A DNA stretch of 64,000 nt from Chiloscyllium plagiosum (GCF_004010195.1 NC_057751.1:6414699-6478698), one strand, 5' to 3'. Counted from the stretch's first letter, positions 12,183 to 26,394 are shown. Translations and numbers: made by a program. Notes: generated by a model from the letters alone, not told the origin.

Positions 12183-13549
12183 AAAGTATTTAACAGCCAA
12201 TTAAGGATTTTCTGAAGTGTCGTCTCTGTCAAAATGAGGAAAACATAGCAACCAATTTGTACACAGTTTGCTCTAACAAGCAGTAATAAGACCATGTGTG
12301 GGTAATGTGCTTTTATGACTGATTTTCAGGTTTGGCTTGTAGTTATTTTGCTGGCTGTGGGATTCACACAAAGGTCTGCACAAATTGATACACCAATAAC
12401 GACTCTGTATAATTACAGGCTTGGTCAAAAGAATACGTGTTATGAATGAAGAATGATTGGTTGAAGGAGGAAATTAACAGGCTATAACTGTCTTCCATAA
12501 ATTCTTGAAATTAATTGTCTAACAAGAAAGTAATTGTAATGTGAAGAATTAATTGACAATACCTAGTCAGCATCTAGCTTCTAATTCCCATTAAAACATC
12601 TAAGACTTATCTCCAAGTCTGAAGTCAGGGGTCAGAGTTGGGGTTACTGGTTACTGCGTGACAAAATTGCACAATGTATCAAGTGTAAATTGGAGGATTA
12701 GATACGCTAAGATTTACCTATGATTGATTTCCTGGATGATCTTAGAAGCCATTAATCATTTTAAGGAAAATTCAAGTTAAAGGTAAAGTTTAAAGAATAT
12801 TCTTTCAGTACCGGAATGAAATAGTTTGAAAACTGATAAAAAAAACAATCAAGTCCTGAAGCATGGCTCCCTGTTGAAGAGTTAGGATTGTGCGCGATTT
12901 GAGTGTGAATCATTTGTCCTTTTATTTTTGAAACTGCGTCTCCGAGATTCTGTTTTCCTTCTGGCTTCTCACAACATTTGTCTCAGATTTGCTTTTGATG
13001 CCCTTTGCTTCCTGGATTCTAAATTGGATCTTTGAGACACACAGAGTACCAGAGCATTCAGGGCTCCACATACTATTCTATTCTCCCTCAAGATAACATT
13101 ATTAAGACTGTATGCTGATATATTAGTTTTTGAAATATACCTTGACTTATTCAAGATAACTAAACTACTATTGTCTCATGAAGATTAATGAACTTAAAAA
13201 ACTATATTAGAGGCTAATAAGAATCCGGAAATAGAATGATTTCATCTGAGACTGTAAAACTTTTTGTTTTGAGTGGTCTCATGCCTCTAATAGGATTGAG
13301 GATCTCTTGCGTTCAGCTGAAGGAGGCGAGCGGGACTCAATCTAAGATTTCATACAAAAGACAGGACCTCAACACTGCAACAGGAAGATTGTTGAGCTTT
13401 TTGTACTCATGTTCCTGCAGTGGGAGTTGAACTTATAATATTGTAACTCAGAAGAAAGAGTGCTCCCAACTGAGCCATATTTAACATCCTAGGCTGCACT
13501 CTCACCTGAACTGACCACATAGTCTGATGCAGAAACTGAATGAAATTTT

Positions 13550-13695
13550 AAATAAATATAGAAATGCTGGAGAAATTGTGGGTCAAGCAGCATCTGTGCA
13601 CAGAAAACCAGAGTTAATAAAGGACAACCCATATTTTACTGATGCATTTTTTGTCTCATATTTCCAGCATCTGCAGTATTTTGCTTTTATTTAAA
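13550..13695. mobile_element. Older hairpin-type insertion (family C)
   Basis: aaatgctggagaaa..cagcatctgtg followed by inverted tttccagcatctgcagtattttgctttt. Similar to 22490-22680. Confidence 0.5.
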
Positions 13696-13827
13696 TTATT
13701 TGTTACAATGGTGTGTAACAAAGATTCTGTTCAGAGGGCACAGCTGAGTTCCGCCATTCTTTGACTAGCCAACAAGTTTTGATGTGCTCTCCTTCATGAT
13801 GTACTTTTTCAAAATTGGTCACTTATC

Positions 13828-14175
13828 GGGGAGATGATGTCGTTCTGATAATGTCATGGGTTTGTAATCCAGAGGTCCAGACCAATACTCTAGGGTCATG
13901 GATTCAAGTCCCACCAATATGAAAGGAATTTCACTTCAACGAATAAACTCAGAAATTAAAAACTGGCCTCACAAATGATCCCATGAAACGATGTGATAAA
14001 ACCTTGTCTGATTTACTGGTTCTCTTTGTGGAAGGAAACTGGATTTCTTTCCATGGCTGAGAAAGCTTGTGACTCCAGACTCTCAGCAATGTGGTTGACA
14101 CTGGACTGCCCTCTGACATGGTCTGATCACTAACTCAGTTCAAGAGCAAATGATTACCTTGAAAATGACATGCAT
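13828..14175 (+). mobile_element. Degenerate tRNA-derived SINE
   Basis: B-box-like ggattcaagtccc. A similar decayed copy lies at about 2680-3010. Confidence 0.5.
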
Positions 14176-14360
14176 GTCCCATCAGAGAATCCATAACTTC
14201 CACTTGCACATAATGTGGTGGATTTCCTACTCAGGAAACAGGTTGAAATTCAGAAATTTGATAACTGGTCTCGAGGAGCTGATTTTTTGATGTTGTTTTC
14301 AGAATACGGGTTATAAGTTTTCACGATTGAACAAAAAGAAACAAAATTTTTAGTCTACTT

Positions 14361-14498
14361 AGGTCAGAAGTCACACGACATCAGGTTATAGTCCAACAGG
14401 TTTATTTGAAATCATGTAAACCTGTTGGACTATAACCTGGTATCATGTGACTTCTGACCTTGTCCACCCCATTCCAACATCGGCATCTCCACATTTCA
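14361..14498. mobile_element. Hairpin-type insertion (family B)
   Basis: Near-perfect inverted arms of about 44 bp (14361-14404 / 14417-14460) followed by the family B tail gtccacccc..ggcatctccac. Confidence 0.75.
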
Positions 14499-14769
14499 TT
14501 GGTTAACCGTGTGCGCAAGTCAAAAATGTTTTAAAGATCAGTAAGCATTGTCAGACATTTTACTTGTCATCACCCAATCAAAGTAACTGATTATAAAAAT
14601 CAGTGTTAAGTTTAGACCAACTGGCCATTTGGTTCACCAATATTTTCAATGCTTCTGCTTCACCTCAGGAAAATGTATGGCTCAAACCTGTAATTTTCAG
14701 CGTTGCCCAAATTTATTTGGACAATACTTACTGCATTAAGAGTTTGCCATGATAGCAAGAAGGTATTGA

Positions 14770-14860
14770 TAAAGCGTGGCACTAGAAAAAGCACAATAGG
14801 TCAGGTAGCATCTGAGGAGCAAGAGAGGTGACGTTTCGGGCATAACGCTTCTTCAGGACT
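14770..14860 (-). mobile_element. Penelope-like tail fragment (family A) with hammerhead core
   Basis: Minus strand reads CTGAAGA-AGCGTTATGCCC-GAAACGTC, with stem II disrupted. Confidence 0.65.
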
Positions 14861-15479
14861 GAAGCTTTCATTCTTTGAACTACTTATTTTATTCATGAAC
14901 TATTGGATTTTTAACTGGAGACCACAGCTGTTTCATTGTATACTGTTTTCTCCAGTATGGAGTTCTCAGTAGTTCTCTCATTCCCAATTTGCAATTTGAT
15001 TGAGGGCTATTGTCTGAGATGTTGTAGGGGAACCAAGGAGAGAGAAAACATCTTTCAACCTTACTGTTTCCAATCCATTTCTCTCTTCTGCCCATAAGCA
15101 GAAAAATTGTTCAGCTAGCTCCATTATCTGGCTATTTTTCTTTGAATTTCCTGTGCACGTGTGGATTTAAACAGGAAGTGCAAATTTCTTGATGCTGACT
15201 CTGTTGCTTTGTTTCAATGCTTTTAGAAAAAAATGTTAACTTCAGTGCAATCAGTTTTGTTTTATTCGCATGGGTCTCATGAAACCAGTGACAGACGGTG
15301 GTCATGTGATCAATGCAACCATTTTAGGACTGCATTTTCTCCATTTTATAAACCATTTTAGTCTATGAACGATCTCAGGTTCACCTATCAGATGATGCAC
15401 GTTATCATTCTGTCATCCATATTTACCACTATTATAACAATAGTCAATGCCATGATGTTCTATCCTCGTCTCTGGTTTT

Positions 15480-15797
15480 TAGATTAGATTCCCTACAGTA
15501 TGGAAACTTGCCATGCGGCCCAACAAGTCCACACCAACAATCCGGACATTAACCCACCCAGACCCATTCCCCTCCATTTACCCCTGACGAATGCACCCAA
15601 CACTATGGGGAGTTTAACATGGCCAATTCACCTAATCTGCACATCTTTGGACTGTGGGAGGAAACCGGGGCACCCAGAGGAAACCCACACAGAGGAAGCC
15701 CACGCAAACTCCACACAGACGGTTGTCCAAGGCTGGAATCGAACCCTGGTTCCTGGTGCTGTGAGGCAGCAGTGCTCACCACTGAGCCACCATGCTA
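15480..15797 (-). mobile_element. HE1-type V-SINE
   Basis: Reverse-complement match to 11196-11510. Confidence 0.88.
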
Positions 15798-15934
15798 CCC
15801 TTTGAGTCGCAAAGCCAAAAAGCTATACTGTCCTGACGTTTATTCCATAAGTTTTTCACCCATTAGAGAAAGAAGTATATGATAATGTCAATGGCCAACT
15901 GCTTTTTATGTCATATGGCTGAATATAAAATCTG

Positions 15935-16153
15935 TAGTCAATTCTGCTAGAATGCGGTAGTTCCATTCTCGTGCAATCACGTGTTATTAGAAAATCGAGT
16001 AATGGCAGCACCATTTAAACTAATGGGACCAGAATCACTTTATAACTAATACATGCATTAAAAGGTCACGCTTTCGTAACAGTGTCCCCAAATTGTCAAT
16101 CGCGTTATAGCAAATTTGCATTAATGAAACATGCATTATAGCAGAACAACCTG
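15935..16153. mobile_element. pogo/Tigger-like MITE
   Basis: Imperfect terminal inverted repeats tagtcaattctgctagaatgc / gcattatagcagaacaacctg followed by TA. About 220 bp, no ORF. Confidence 0.55.
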
Positions 16154-17158
16154 TACCTTTTCTATTCCCTTGTGTATAGTGAATACCTCTGAAGAAAAAT
16201 TGCCTTTCACTCTTTACAGTTGGACTTTTGTAGCCCTCTATTATAAATCATTCCTTTGACAGCAGAAATCAGCATCCCAGACCTTTTTAGTATCTTGGAT
16301 GTTAACCTTTGTGCCTCAGTTGCTTCATGGTTGAAATTCAGTGAATCTTGCAATTCTCTGGGAACCCTAGCATTCTTTGGGATAACATGCTTGCAGCAGT
16401 GTACAATAAGGCAGTAACATGTCAAGTGTTTAAGATAGTGCCATAAATTTAGAGACAGAAGCTGTAACAGTTTTAAGACCTCTTTGTAATTCACTAAGGT
16501 CACCAAGAGCACACCAAGTGCATAACATAAACTGTATTTCACCATGACAAAGAAAGCACAACGTAACTGAGGTTTGATAAAATTGTAGTTAACACTACCA
16601 TCAGCACATTTAGAAGTCCCTAAAGCTAAGTCACTCACTCTCACAGTCAGTTAACGTGGAGAATTTATCTCAGAGATTGTCTACCTATCAGTCAACTCTG
16701 TTGATACTCTTTTTGTAGATCTGTGATCCAGGTATGGATGAGTTTTGTTTCCTATGAAGAAATCAGTCCTGAAAGAACTGTTTCACTGTAATAAAAACAT
16801 CAACCAATATTTGTGAAAGTTGATGTAAAAATTGCTGTCAAGAAACTTGCAAGTCTCTTCATTCTTGTGAGTTCCTTAATTGGTAGAAGGTACAAATGAA
16901 CAAAGACACGTGTTGCATTTTAATTTATATTAATCTTCAAATAACTTTAATTTTTATTGTGAACTAATTTCTTGATGGCGTGTTAGGGACATGATTTTGG
17001 AACCAATCTTCTCCCTCATCCTGACTCATTGATCGATGCATTTCTACAGCTGTCTAACTCTCTCTCATATTTGATGCAATCACAGTTCTACTTGTCAATG
17101 TTGTAAGGTTAGTCCTGCAGAGGACTTCACCTCAAACTATCCAAGTTTCATTTTCTTG

Positions 17159-17926
17159 TGTTACGACACAGAGGTGAACCCTTCTGTTAATTAAACCAAA
17201 CACCCAGAAAAGCTCACCTCGCCTCGTAATCTGTTAAAGTATGAGTGACAGAGAACTCCCAAATTCCACTACTTAAAGAAAATAATATCAATTTATTCTT
17301 TAAACTCGAAAAGTGAACATTAAACAAAAAGCTATTCACAACTCTAAGCCCCACTTTCTCTTAACTGGTTATTACCTGCCTCCAACTCTACAACAATGTG
17401 CTGTTCCAGTAAAATATTTATTGAAATTACATTAACTTAATTTCAAAACCATATGGCGGCTGTCATCTCTGGTGTCTTTCTTCTTTCGGCTGAAGATTTC
17501 CCTGGGTCGTCTTCTTTCTTTCACTGCAAAGATGATTCATATATAAAGGTACCTTTGATAGAGAGTGTTTCAAATGGCAGTTGCTTTCTCGATGGCAGTA
17601 ACTCTGTCTGACTTTCAAAACGCCTGCTTTTTTATGCCCCCAACATCAGATCGTCTCATTGGTTCAATGTTGGCAAAACAATAGATCAAACTCGATTGGG
17701 ATTAAGCATCCTAGGCATAATTTAAACTGATTGGTTAAATTCAAATTGTTGTCAAAACAGCAACCAACTCAGGTATTTATTTCACAGCCAAATGTTACAT
17801 ATTTTCAATATTCCAGTCCATTCTGAGACTGCTGGCCAGTCATATGACAGGTCCTTGAAAGCTCTCAGTGCAAAACAGCTTTCACTCTCTCTTAAAGGCA
17901 CAGGACACTCCTTCAACTTCACAACA
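17159..17926 (-). mobile_element. Solo LTR-like element
   Basis: TGTTACGA..TTCACAACA ends, flanks CTTG/ATTG (3 of 4 match), AATAAA on the minus strand, and colinear homology with 50711-51515. Confidence 0.7.
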
Positions 17927-20256
17927 ATTGCAAATATAGCCCCTGTCCTGCAACTCTGCCTGAAATGAACTCATTCAGCACAGATCACAATTGATACAAA
18001 AGTAAAATAGTGCGGATGCTTGAATTCTAAAATTAAAAACACTAAGTGCATAGTATTCACTCAATCTAGGATTGTTTGTTCAGTCATCTGGTTCAGAATC
18101 ATAAGAGTAACTATTGAGGATCCTTGAGTACAGAGGAAGAAAGGCTGAATTGGTACAGTTGTCTGTCTTCATGTCCTAACAGTGTATCGTTTCGAGGGAA
18201 TCTGAAGTTGATGGTGTTCCCACATATCTCTCCCCTCTTTTGTCTTGGTAATGGGGGTTTTTGGTTTAATGAGGGATTACTGTTTGTGACATTGTCATGT
18301 ATCCTTTTGTGAATTGCTGCTATGTGCAGAGGGAATAATTAGATGCTGAAGGTGGTATGTCACCTGGTGATGAAGGATACAACTTTGTTCTGAATGGTGT
18401 TTATTCTGTGTCAGTTTAATTTGGTGTTCTTTTTTCAGTGTAGTTTGTATGCAACCAAGTATTCATTTGAATTTTTTTCATTTGTTGCTCATTTTTAATA
18501 TTGCTGTCAAGGCATTTTGAAATTCATATTCGTTGTAATATTTCTCATAGTGTAACATTTTTATGAATAGTTTGGCATAAAGTGATTTTGGATTCAGGTA
18601 CAGTACTTCATAAGTCACTCGTGCATTTTTATCATCAAAAATCAATTGCTTTTTAATATAAAATAAAAGGAAAATACAAAGGCCCTGAGGTTAAGTGCCA
18701 AGCCACATTTTACATATCATAACTTAGATGTGTGTCAATGTAATTTACTTAAGGATTGTGCAAGAGTATTGTCAGAATTCTGATTACAAAGTTTCTTCAG
18801 TTGCCTTGAAACCAGTGAAAAATTCTAGTCCTGGTTGTTGCTGCATCTTTTGAAGGTTCCCCTGTCTATTTCGACATGTCAGCGTTTGCAGAACAGTATT
18901 GATCAGTTGCCTGTTATCCTGAGAATTCTGACTCAGAGTGGAGGATGAGGTAAACAGGTAGAATGGAACTAGTGGAATGGCGATTAATTAGTAGTTTCAG
19001 TTAGAATTGAAGAAAATACTCTTAACTGGTCTCTGCAGTTTGTACAGTTTAACAGAGAAATGCAGGTCGTCATCAAAGCAAAATGAAGCAACATGACTGG
19101 GGAAGATTGCACTTATCCCAGTCAAATGACAACCTGTCTTCTTTGACTCACTATTGTTTCCTTTGCTTTGATATCTCTCTTCAAATTGTTGATTTGTAAT
19201 CTTAAAATTCTGTGGTATCTTGCCCAGTTAATTACATTTCACACATGAATGCAACAGCAGCAACCTCAGTTGGTTGGTTGACCTCAACAAGAAAGACTAA
19301 CATCTGTACTGGATGTTATCTCAGAAACATCTCAAAATACTTCACATGAAATCAATTAATTTTTCAACTGTCGTGGCTATAATGTATGACAATGGCTATA
19401 TGCAGCTAAGGTACGTGATGTCGATTGATATATCCACATGAGCAAGTTGTCACCTAGTTTGTTTCGTTCCTTTTCTCCATCACAAAAGTACTGTAGCTAA
19501 TTTTGTATTGCTTTTGCTAACAAGGCTGAAATGTGCAAAATCAACACAGGCAATGGATTAAATGAAAAGTCCTTTGTGCTCAGCATAGCTCATATGATAC
19601 ATTTCATCGCAAATCCATCAGGGGAGTCCAACCATTTAATTTTTAATTGAAAATCGTATAGTTCAACAACTTTGGTTCATGTTGTGCTCAGGTATTATAA
19701 ACTTTGCTGTAGACCAGTAAATTAAATTATAGATTTATGGAGAAATGAGAATTGAAAATCACAAGTCTCCTCTAAGTTGAGTTAAATGAGCAACATTAAT
19801 TTAAGAAATGGTGCTGTCAACCTTTACTTACAAACACACCATAACAAAAGAAAAACACATTGTCTCTGGTTTATTGTACAAGTAGTATTGACAAAAAAGA
19901 TTTTTGACTCTTTTAGTTTTGGCAGTACTTTTGAAGACACCATTTCTTTAGGACTTAAAAACATAGCAGAAGAATTGACAGCCTATTAACTAGAAAGATG
20001 CTAAGATTAGAAGTAAGCCTGTCAGGATCTGAAGAAAAAGCAAAGAATTTGTATTGTTAGTCAGAAAGTGCTACCAGACTCTTTAAGGTATAATCAAAAT
20101 GAACACAAGGAGACATGATATAAAGCAAATTTATTAGCTTAATCTACTTTAGGTATGTGCAAATTTATGATTTAAACTATTTAAGCCATATTCAACCAGT
20201 GAATCCCTTCTGCCTGCTGGGGACTCCTGGGTGACAGCTGGCATTTGCATTTCTCT

Positions 20257-20423
20257 GTCAAGAGTGTGGTGATGGAAAAGCACAACAGGTCAGGCAGCAT
20301 CCGAGGAGCAGGAGAACCAACGTTTCAGGCATAAGGCCTTCACAGCTGTCTGACCTGCTGCACATTTCCAGCACCACACTCTTGATTCTGATACTCCAGC
20401 ATCTGCAGTCCTCACTTTCTCCG
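20257..20423. mobile_element. Hairpin-type Penelope-derived short insertion (family A)
   Basis: Inverted arms with a truncated hammerhead at the turn. Flanked by ATTTGCATTTCTCT at 20243-20256 and 20424-20437. Confidence 0.8.
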
Positions 20424-20669
20424 ATTTGCATTTCTCTCTCAGTTTCCACAGCACTGGTCTGCGCCCTCCAGTCCACTGTGTGTCATGAACCCCAGTCCAT
20501 CATGGTGAAAGGATCCCCCCCACCACCCCCAAGGTGGGAAAAGTCCCCACATTAAAGCTATTCTGAATCTGATATCATGTGCTGAATTGCCACCTGTGAG
20601 TACTTTCCCAAGCATTTCTGTATGCCTGATGGTCACAAACAAATCCAGGTATTGCTGCAAAATAAACTC

Positions 20670-20910
20670 ATATAGCTTTGAAACAGACCCTTTGTTCCAA
20701 CTAGTCCATGCCAATCATGTTCCCAAACTAAACTAGTCCCACCTGCTTGTGCATGGCCCATATCCCTCCTAACCTTTCCTTTTCATGAATTTATCCAAAT
20801 GTGTCTTAAATGTTGTTACTGTACTTGCATCCACCACTTTCTCTGGCAAGTCATTCCATACATAAACCACTCTGTAGAAAAGATTGTCATTCATATCCTT
20901 TCAATTCTTT
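20670..20910 (-). mobile_element. CR1 3' fragment
   Basis: actagtcccacctgc..ccatatccctc..tatccaaatg is the reverse of the CR1 tail. Confidence 0.7.
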
Positions 20911-21439
20911 CTTTTAAACCTTTTTGAGTGAAGAAAACCTTCCTCATTTCAGTGTCATATGACTGGCTTCCTCTGAAACCATTACCACTTGTTCTCGTCT
21001 CTCCAGCCAAGGGAACAGAAGCCTTCCGCATCTACTAGTATTCTATTCTAAGAGTCTTGCATGCGTTTCGAGAAAAGCTTTTGCCAGATAAATTGTATGA
21101 ATCTCATGTGAATCTGTTCCTGGTCCCAAGACAAGGTGAGGTCATTGCAGTTAGCTTCCAGCCAAAACAGGCTGCATTTCGACAAAGTCTATCTTTCATG
21201 TATTTTCCTTCAACTGCCTGTTGCCATGGAGAGTTAACCCCTGAACAATCAACCTTAAATGATCTGCTTTGGAGATTTCATTGTTGAGCCTCAGACTATA
21301 GAGTTAAAGAAAAACTTGCTTTCATGCAGCACTTTTCATTGTCTCAAAGTGTCACAAAATGCTTTACAGCCAAAGTGTACTTTGGAATTGTGGTCACTGC
21401 TCTAATGTAGGAAATGTGGTAGTCAATTTATGCTAACTG

Positions 21440-22125
21440 TGGCATGATTGGTAGCACTTGCTGTTCTCTGAGTCAGAAGGTTTCTAGTTTCAAGTCCCCG
21501 CCCAGGATTTGAGCACAATAATTCAAATTAAAACCCCACGCAATCATCGTTGATAGACCCAGATTTCACATGTTGTGACAGGGCATTGTGACAGACCAAC
21601 AACTGAAACTGGCAGGACAGGCTTCTCATCTCCTGACTCTACGCCCCACCAGAGTGTCCATTGAGTGGACATCCCCGTTTGGGTAAAGAAGATGGGAATA
21701 AACAAAAAAAAAACCTGCTGAAATATATTTAAGGAGGACTTTAAATTGCTGGACATCACACAGCAACAATAGGGATTGGGATGCACCAGGGCTAATACTG
21801 GAGTCTTCCTGCCCATCACCACACATGGAACTGGTGGAACGAAGTCAAAGACTCAAATGCAATAGTGCATTAAAGGTGTCACTTTTGAGGTGTTAAAGGG
21901 GCCAAGGGATGATCAGCAGTGGTTGCAATCTGCTCTCGGAAATGCATGGAAAGGGTACATTGCTATTAAATAGTAAAAGTGAGTTTCTTCTGTTGTCTGG
22001 TGAGTATATATGCCTCACTCAACCACAGAAACAGATTTTCTGATTGTTAATACATTATTATTGCTGTGAGCAAATTGCCTGCTCCTCTTCCTCCATTACA
22101 GTTGTGACCATACTTCAAAATACTT
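21440..22125 (+). mobile_element. Deu-domain SINE-like element, interrupted at about 21545-21850
   Basis: tRNA-like head (ttggtagcact..ctgagtcagaagg..ttcaagtccc) and Deu-like body ending tgctgtgagcaaattgcctgc..attacagttgtgaccatacttcaaaa. Confidence 0.55.
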
Positions 22126-22489
22126 GCAAAATCCAAATCTTCCTTTTTGATTTCTTACCCAGACACAGTAAATTACCACAATGATGAAATAATGGTCAAA
22201 TAATCATGTTTTTCAGTGATGTTGTTTGAGGGATAAATTGGAGAGGGAGACTGGATATGGGAATCTGTGATTCAGTAGGTTCAGGGTGAAGCTCAGGGGT
22301 GAAAGGAAGATAGTAAAGGGGCTGATATTAACAAGAGGAGATTGAGAAAGGACAGATGTTAAATTGGAGGAAAAAATACCATCAGCAGTTATGGGGTAAT
22401 GTATACACATAACAGGAAAAGGCAAAGGGTGAAAGAATCAAAATAAAAAAGTTTACCATAACCATCTCTCCCAACAGTATTTTCAAATT

Positions 22490-22680
22490 AAAAACAAATT
22501 ACTGCAGATGCTGGAATCTGAAACCAAAAGAGAAAAAATGCTGTAAATTCTCAGCAGGTCTGGCAGCATCTATAAGGAGAGAAAAGAGCTGACGTTTTGA
22601 GTCTAACTAACCCTTTGTCAAAGCTCTGACCAGCTGCCAGACCTGCTGAGATTTTCCAGCATTTTTTTCTCTTTTGGTTT
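22490..22680. mobile_element. Hairpin-type insertion (family C) with degenerate hammerhead
   Basis: Inverted arms of about 50 bp flanked by CAGTATTTTCAAATT at 22475-22489 and 22681-22695. Hammerhead-like motif on the minus strand at 22586-22626. Confidence 0.8.
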
Positions 22681-23387
22681 CAGTATTTTCAAATTGAGGG
22701 GTTATGACAATGTGTTAATATAAATGAGAAGGTCCAAGGTGGGTTTCCATGCATCGAGGCACATGAAATACACACCAAAAAGAAGCTATTGAGAGGACAA
22801 TCATCAAGTTGATAAACCAGTAACCCCATGCATCCTGGGCAAAGACAAAGTAAAAAAATAGATGAACAGGCTATTGAGAGACTGCATTATTTCAAGGTGG
22901 CAGCTCACCACCACCTTCTCAAGGACAACTGGGGACAGGCAATGAATGCTTCCCCAGCCAGCAATTCTCATGTTCCGTGAGTGAATTTAAAAAAAAAATT
23001 GATGAGGACAAACTCTCCAAAGTGAATGCGTACGTTCTTTTCTATGAACCTCAGAGAGCTGATGGGCCTGAATTTAACGTCTCGTCCAAAGCGCAGAATC
23101 TCTGCCAGTGTTGCACTCCTTTGGTTCACTTTTGGTTGCACTCTCCGACGTTCAGCATTTATTTTTTCTTGCACTCCATTGAAGAGGTTTGGTGACTGCA
23201 TCAGAATCCACGTTAGCCAAGACCTCATGGAATGACAGAATGTCCTTCAGCAGATCAAAGGTCTGTCCTGTTCACATTGTTCCATTAAGCCATGTCTATA
23301 ACAACATGGTATCAATTTCAAAGCAGCTTTGAAGCCTTTTATTTTAAAAAAACGTTGCATTCTTCAAATGAAATCTTGTCACGACAA

Positions 23388-23550
23388 ATTACAACATTTA
23401 AAAGGCATCTGGAAAGATATATGAATACGAAGGTTTTAGAGGGATATGGGACAAGTGCTGGCGAATGGGACTAGATTAGGTTAGGATGTCTGGTCTGGTG
23501 GAGTTTGACCGAAGGGGCTGCTTCTGTGCTGTACATCTCTATGACTCTAA
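23388..23550 (+). mobile_element. CR1 3' end
   Basis: ITTFKRHLERYMN..LEGYG and tail ctctatgactct. Confidence 0.8.
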
Positions 23551-24349
23551 ATTTTTTTTAAAACAAAGGAGGGAAGGTCAATCATAATTCTCTTCACCTG
23601 GAACATGAAGTATAGTGTACAGAAAATTGATATCATGTATCATGTCACCCCTCGATAAGTTTCCCCATTTTGTTATGGTCCCAGACAGGATATCCCAAAA
23701 TGTTCAGTTCCCAGGGATGACAAGGAGTAAACTGCATCCCCCTTTTTATTTATTTGCCCCTTGAGATGATAACAATATTATTAACCTAAAAATAGATCTC
23801 TTCCCTTGTGGATACCTTTTTCTCATATTCAATTGAACTTATGTTGTAGAAGAAGCAAACCTAGAGAATTACAGAATTGTTATGGTGCAGTTCGCATTGG
23901 CTGTTAAACGGCTCATGTCAAGATTATGAGCTTTGCAGGATAATTGATGTTCTGTAGTTCTGATTCCTTTTCACCATGACTGAATTCTAGCATTTTGGGT
24001 GAGAGATAGTTATTTTGCCCTGTTTCCTTCATTCTGGCCTGCTGGCTTATCAATTTCTCGTATTCAGAAAGAGAGACTCTCTTTATCTGTAACACAATGG
24101 GGACAGTTCATCAACTGTGACCTTCATATCACATAACAGTTGAACCCAGGCTGGTCCACATGATTCTCTTGATCCACTGGCACCCTCAAAAACCTCAGTC
24201 CTATTAGTACAGACATGTACCCCTCAGTTGTACCCACACAATCCAGCAGAGATGGAACCGGCTTCAATACTCCTGTGCTTGTATAGTTTACAAAGGGAGA
24301 AACAGAACATTTATGCGCAGTTCAGGACATTACCTGCATGGGATGACTT

Positions 24350-24885
24350 AGAGTCATAGTCATCGAGCTGTATGCACAGAAATAGACCTTTCGTCCATGC
24401 CAACCAGCTTTCCTAAAATAATCCAGTCCCATTTGCCCACATCCCCCTAAACCTTTCCTATTCATATACCCATCCAGGTGCCTTTTGAATGCTGAAATTG
24501 TACCAGCAGTTCATTACATACAAGCGTCCCCTCTGTGTGAAAAATTTGCCCATTATGCTTCTTTTAAATCTTTATCCTCTCACTTTAAACCTGTGCTCTC
24601 TCGTTTTGAACTCTGCTACCTTGGGGAAAAGACCTTGTCTAATTACCCTATGTATGCCTCTCACGATTTTAGGAACTTCTATAAGATCATCCCTCAGCCT
24701 TCGACGCTCCAGGGAAAACAGCCCCAGCCTATTCAGCCTCTCCCTGTAGCTCAAACGCTCCAACCCTGGTGACAGCCTTGTCAATCTTTTCTGAACCCTT
24801 TCAAGTTTCACAACATCCTTCCAATACCAGGCAGATCAGAATTGAACACAACCTTCCAAAAGTGGCCTAACCAATATCCTGTCCA
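24350..24885 (-). mobile_element. CR1 3' fragment
   Basis: KLERVQKRLTRLSPGLERLSYRERLNRLGLFSLERRRLRDDLIEV. Confidence 0.9.
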
Positions 24886-25424
24886 ACGACAGTGGCTTGT
24901 GAAAGAGGACGGGGGGATCATCTCTCCTTGTTTATCCAACAGATACAGTTGAATTTGTTTTGACTTGACTTGTTCTGACCTATGCTCATGACAATTGTTT
25001 GTTCAGTAATATTGCATCTGAATTCCATTTCTGTACTTTGACTATCATGGAATAGCGAAAAAAAAGAAATTATCTTGCAGCCAATTTCAGTGTATTTAGG
25101 ATATATGATTGACAGAAATAATTATTACTTCTTCCTTGCACATGCTCTGAATGCTGTTGGAAGTGTAGCTTGAATTGACAGACTTTGGAGAACTCAGGGT
25201 TCCGGCTGTGCGCAGAAAATGTGTATAAATACCTTTCAGATAAGGTCTCCTGCTCCCCTGCTGAAGGAAATCTCAAATTGAGAGGCATCTTCCTCAGAAA
25301 CAGGTCCCTGATCTATGATCAATGTCGGGGGCTGGCCTCCAGCCTTGATTCAGAAGGATGTCCAGGCCTTCTGTTTAAACTTTCATTGAATTGTTGAAGG
25401 ATATAGAGTAGACGATTTAGTGTC

Positions 25425-26390
25425 AGAGAGTCATAAAAGTTTACAGCATGGAAACATGCCCTTCAGTCCGACTGCTGACCAATTTTCTCAACTGAACTTG
25501 TCTCGTTTTCCTGCATTTGGCCCGTATCCCTCTAAACCTTTCCTATTCATGTATCTGTCCAAATATCTTTCGAAGGTCCTAACTGTATCCACCTCTACTG
25601 CTTCCTCTAGCAGCTGGTTAAATGTACACACCATCCTCTGTGTAAAAAAGATGCTCCTCAGTTCTCTTTTAAACTTTTCCCCTCTCACCTTCAACCTATG
25701 CCCTCTAGTTTTGGATTGCCCCATCATGGGGAAAAGACCTTGGCTATTCATTTTAATTATGCTGTCTTGATTCTTTCAGACCACCCCTCAGCTTCCAATG
25801 CTCGAGGGGAAAAATTTCCCAGCCTATCCAGTCTCTCCTTATAACTCAAACCTTCCAGTCTCAGTAACATCCTTCTACATCTTCCTTGCACCCTTTCCAG
25901 TTTAATAACCTCCTTTCCACAGCAGGAAAACTAGAATTGTATGCAATACTGCAAATGTGGCCTTACCAATGTCTTGTACCGCTGCAACATGATGTCCCAA
26001 CCCCCGTACTCAATAGTCTAACTGATGAAGGCAAGCATGCCAAACGTTTTCTTCACCACCCTGTCTGTCAGTGATACCTTTTTCAAGGAACTATGTACTT
26101 GCACCCCTCGGTCTCTCTCTGTCTGACAACACTCCCCAGGACCCAACCATTAACTGTTTAACTCCTTCCCTGGATTGTGTTAACAAAATTGAACACATCA
26201 CACTTATTTGTTTTAAACTCTAAGTACCGTTCCTTGGTCCACTGGCCAAGTTAATCAAGATCCCACTTTTAGATATCCTTCTTCACTGTCCACTGTACCA
26301 ACAATTTTGGTGTCATCTGCAAACTTACTAACCAAGCCTCCTGTATTCTCATCTAAGTTGTTTATATAAATGATGAACAACAGTAGACCC
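25425..26390 (-). mobile_element. CR1 3' fragment
   Basis: FIIYINNLDE..SKFADDTKI and KTRGHRLKVRG..FFTQR. Confidence 0.9.
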
Positions 26391-26394
26391 GGTA

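Noticed and set aside
12925..13030. Possible minus-strand terminal exon IQFRIQEAKG..QFQK*
   Set aside because: Weak acceptor, no recognisable homology and no linked exons.
23671..24094. TGTTAT..TAACA segment as a solo LTR
   Set aside because: No target-site duplication and no second copy in the window.
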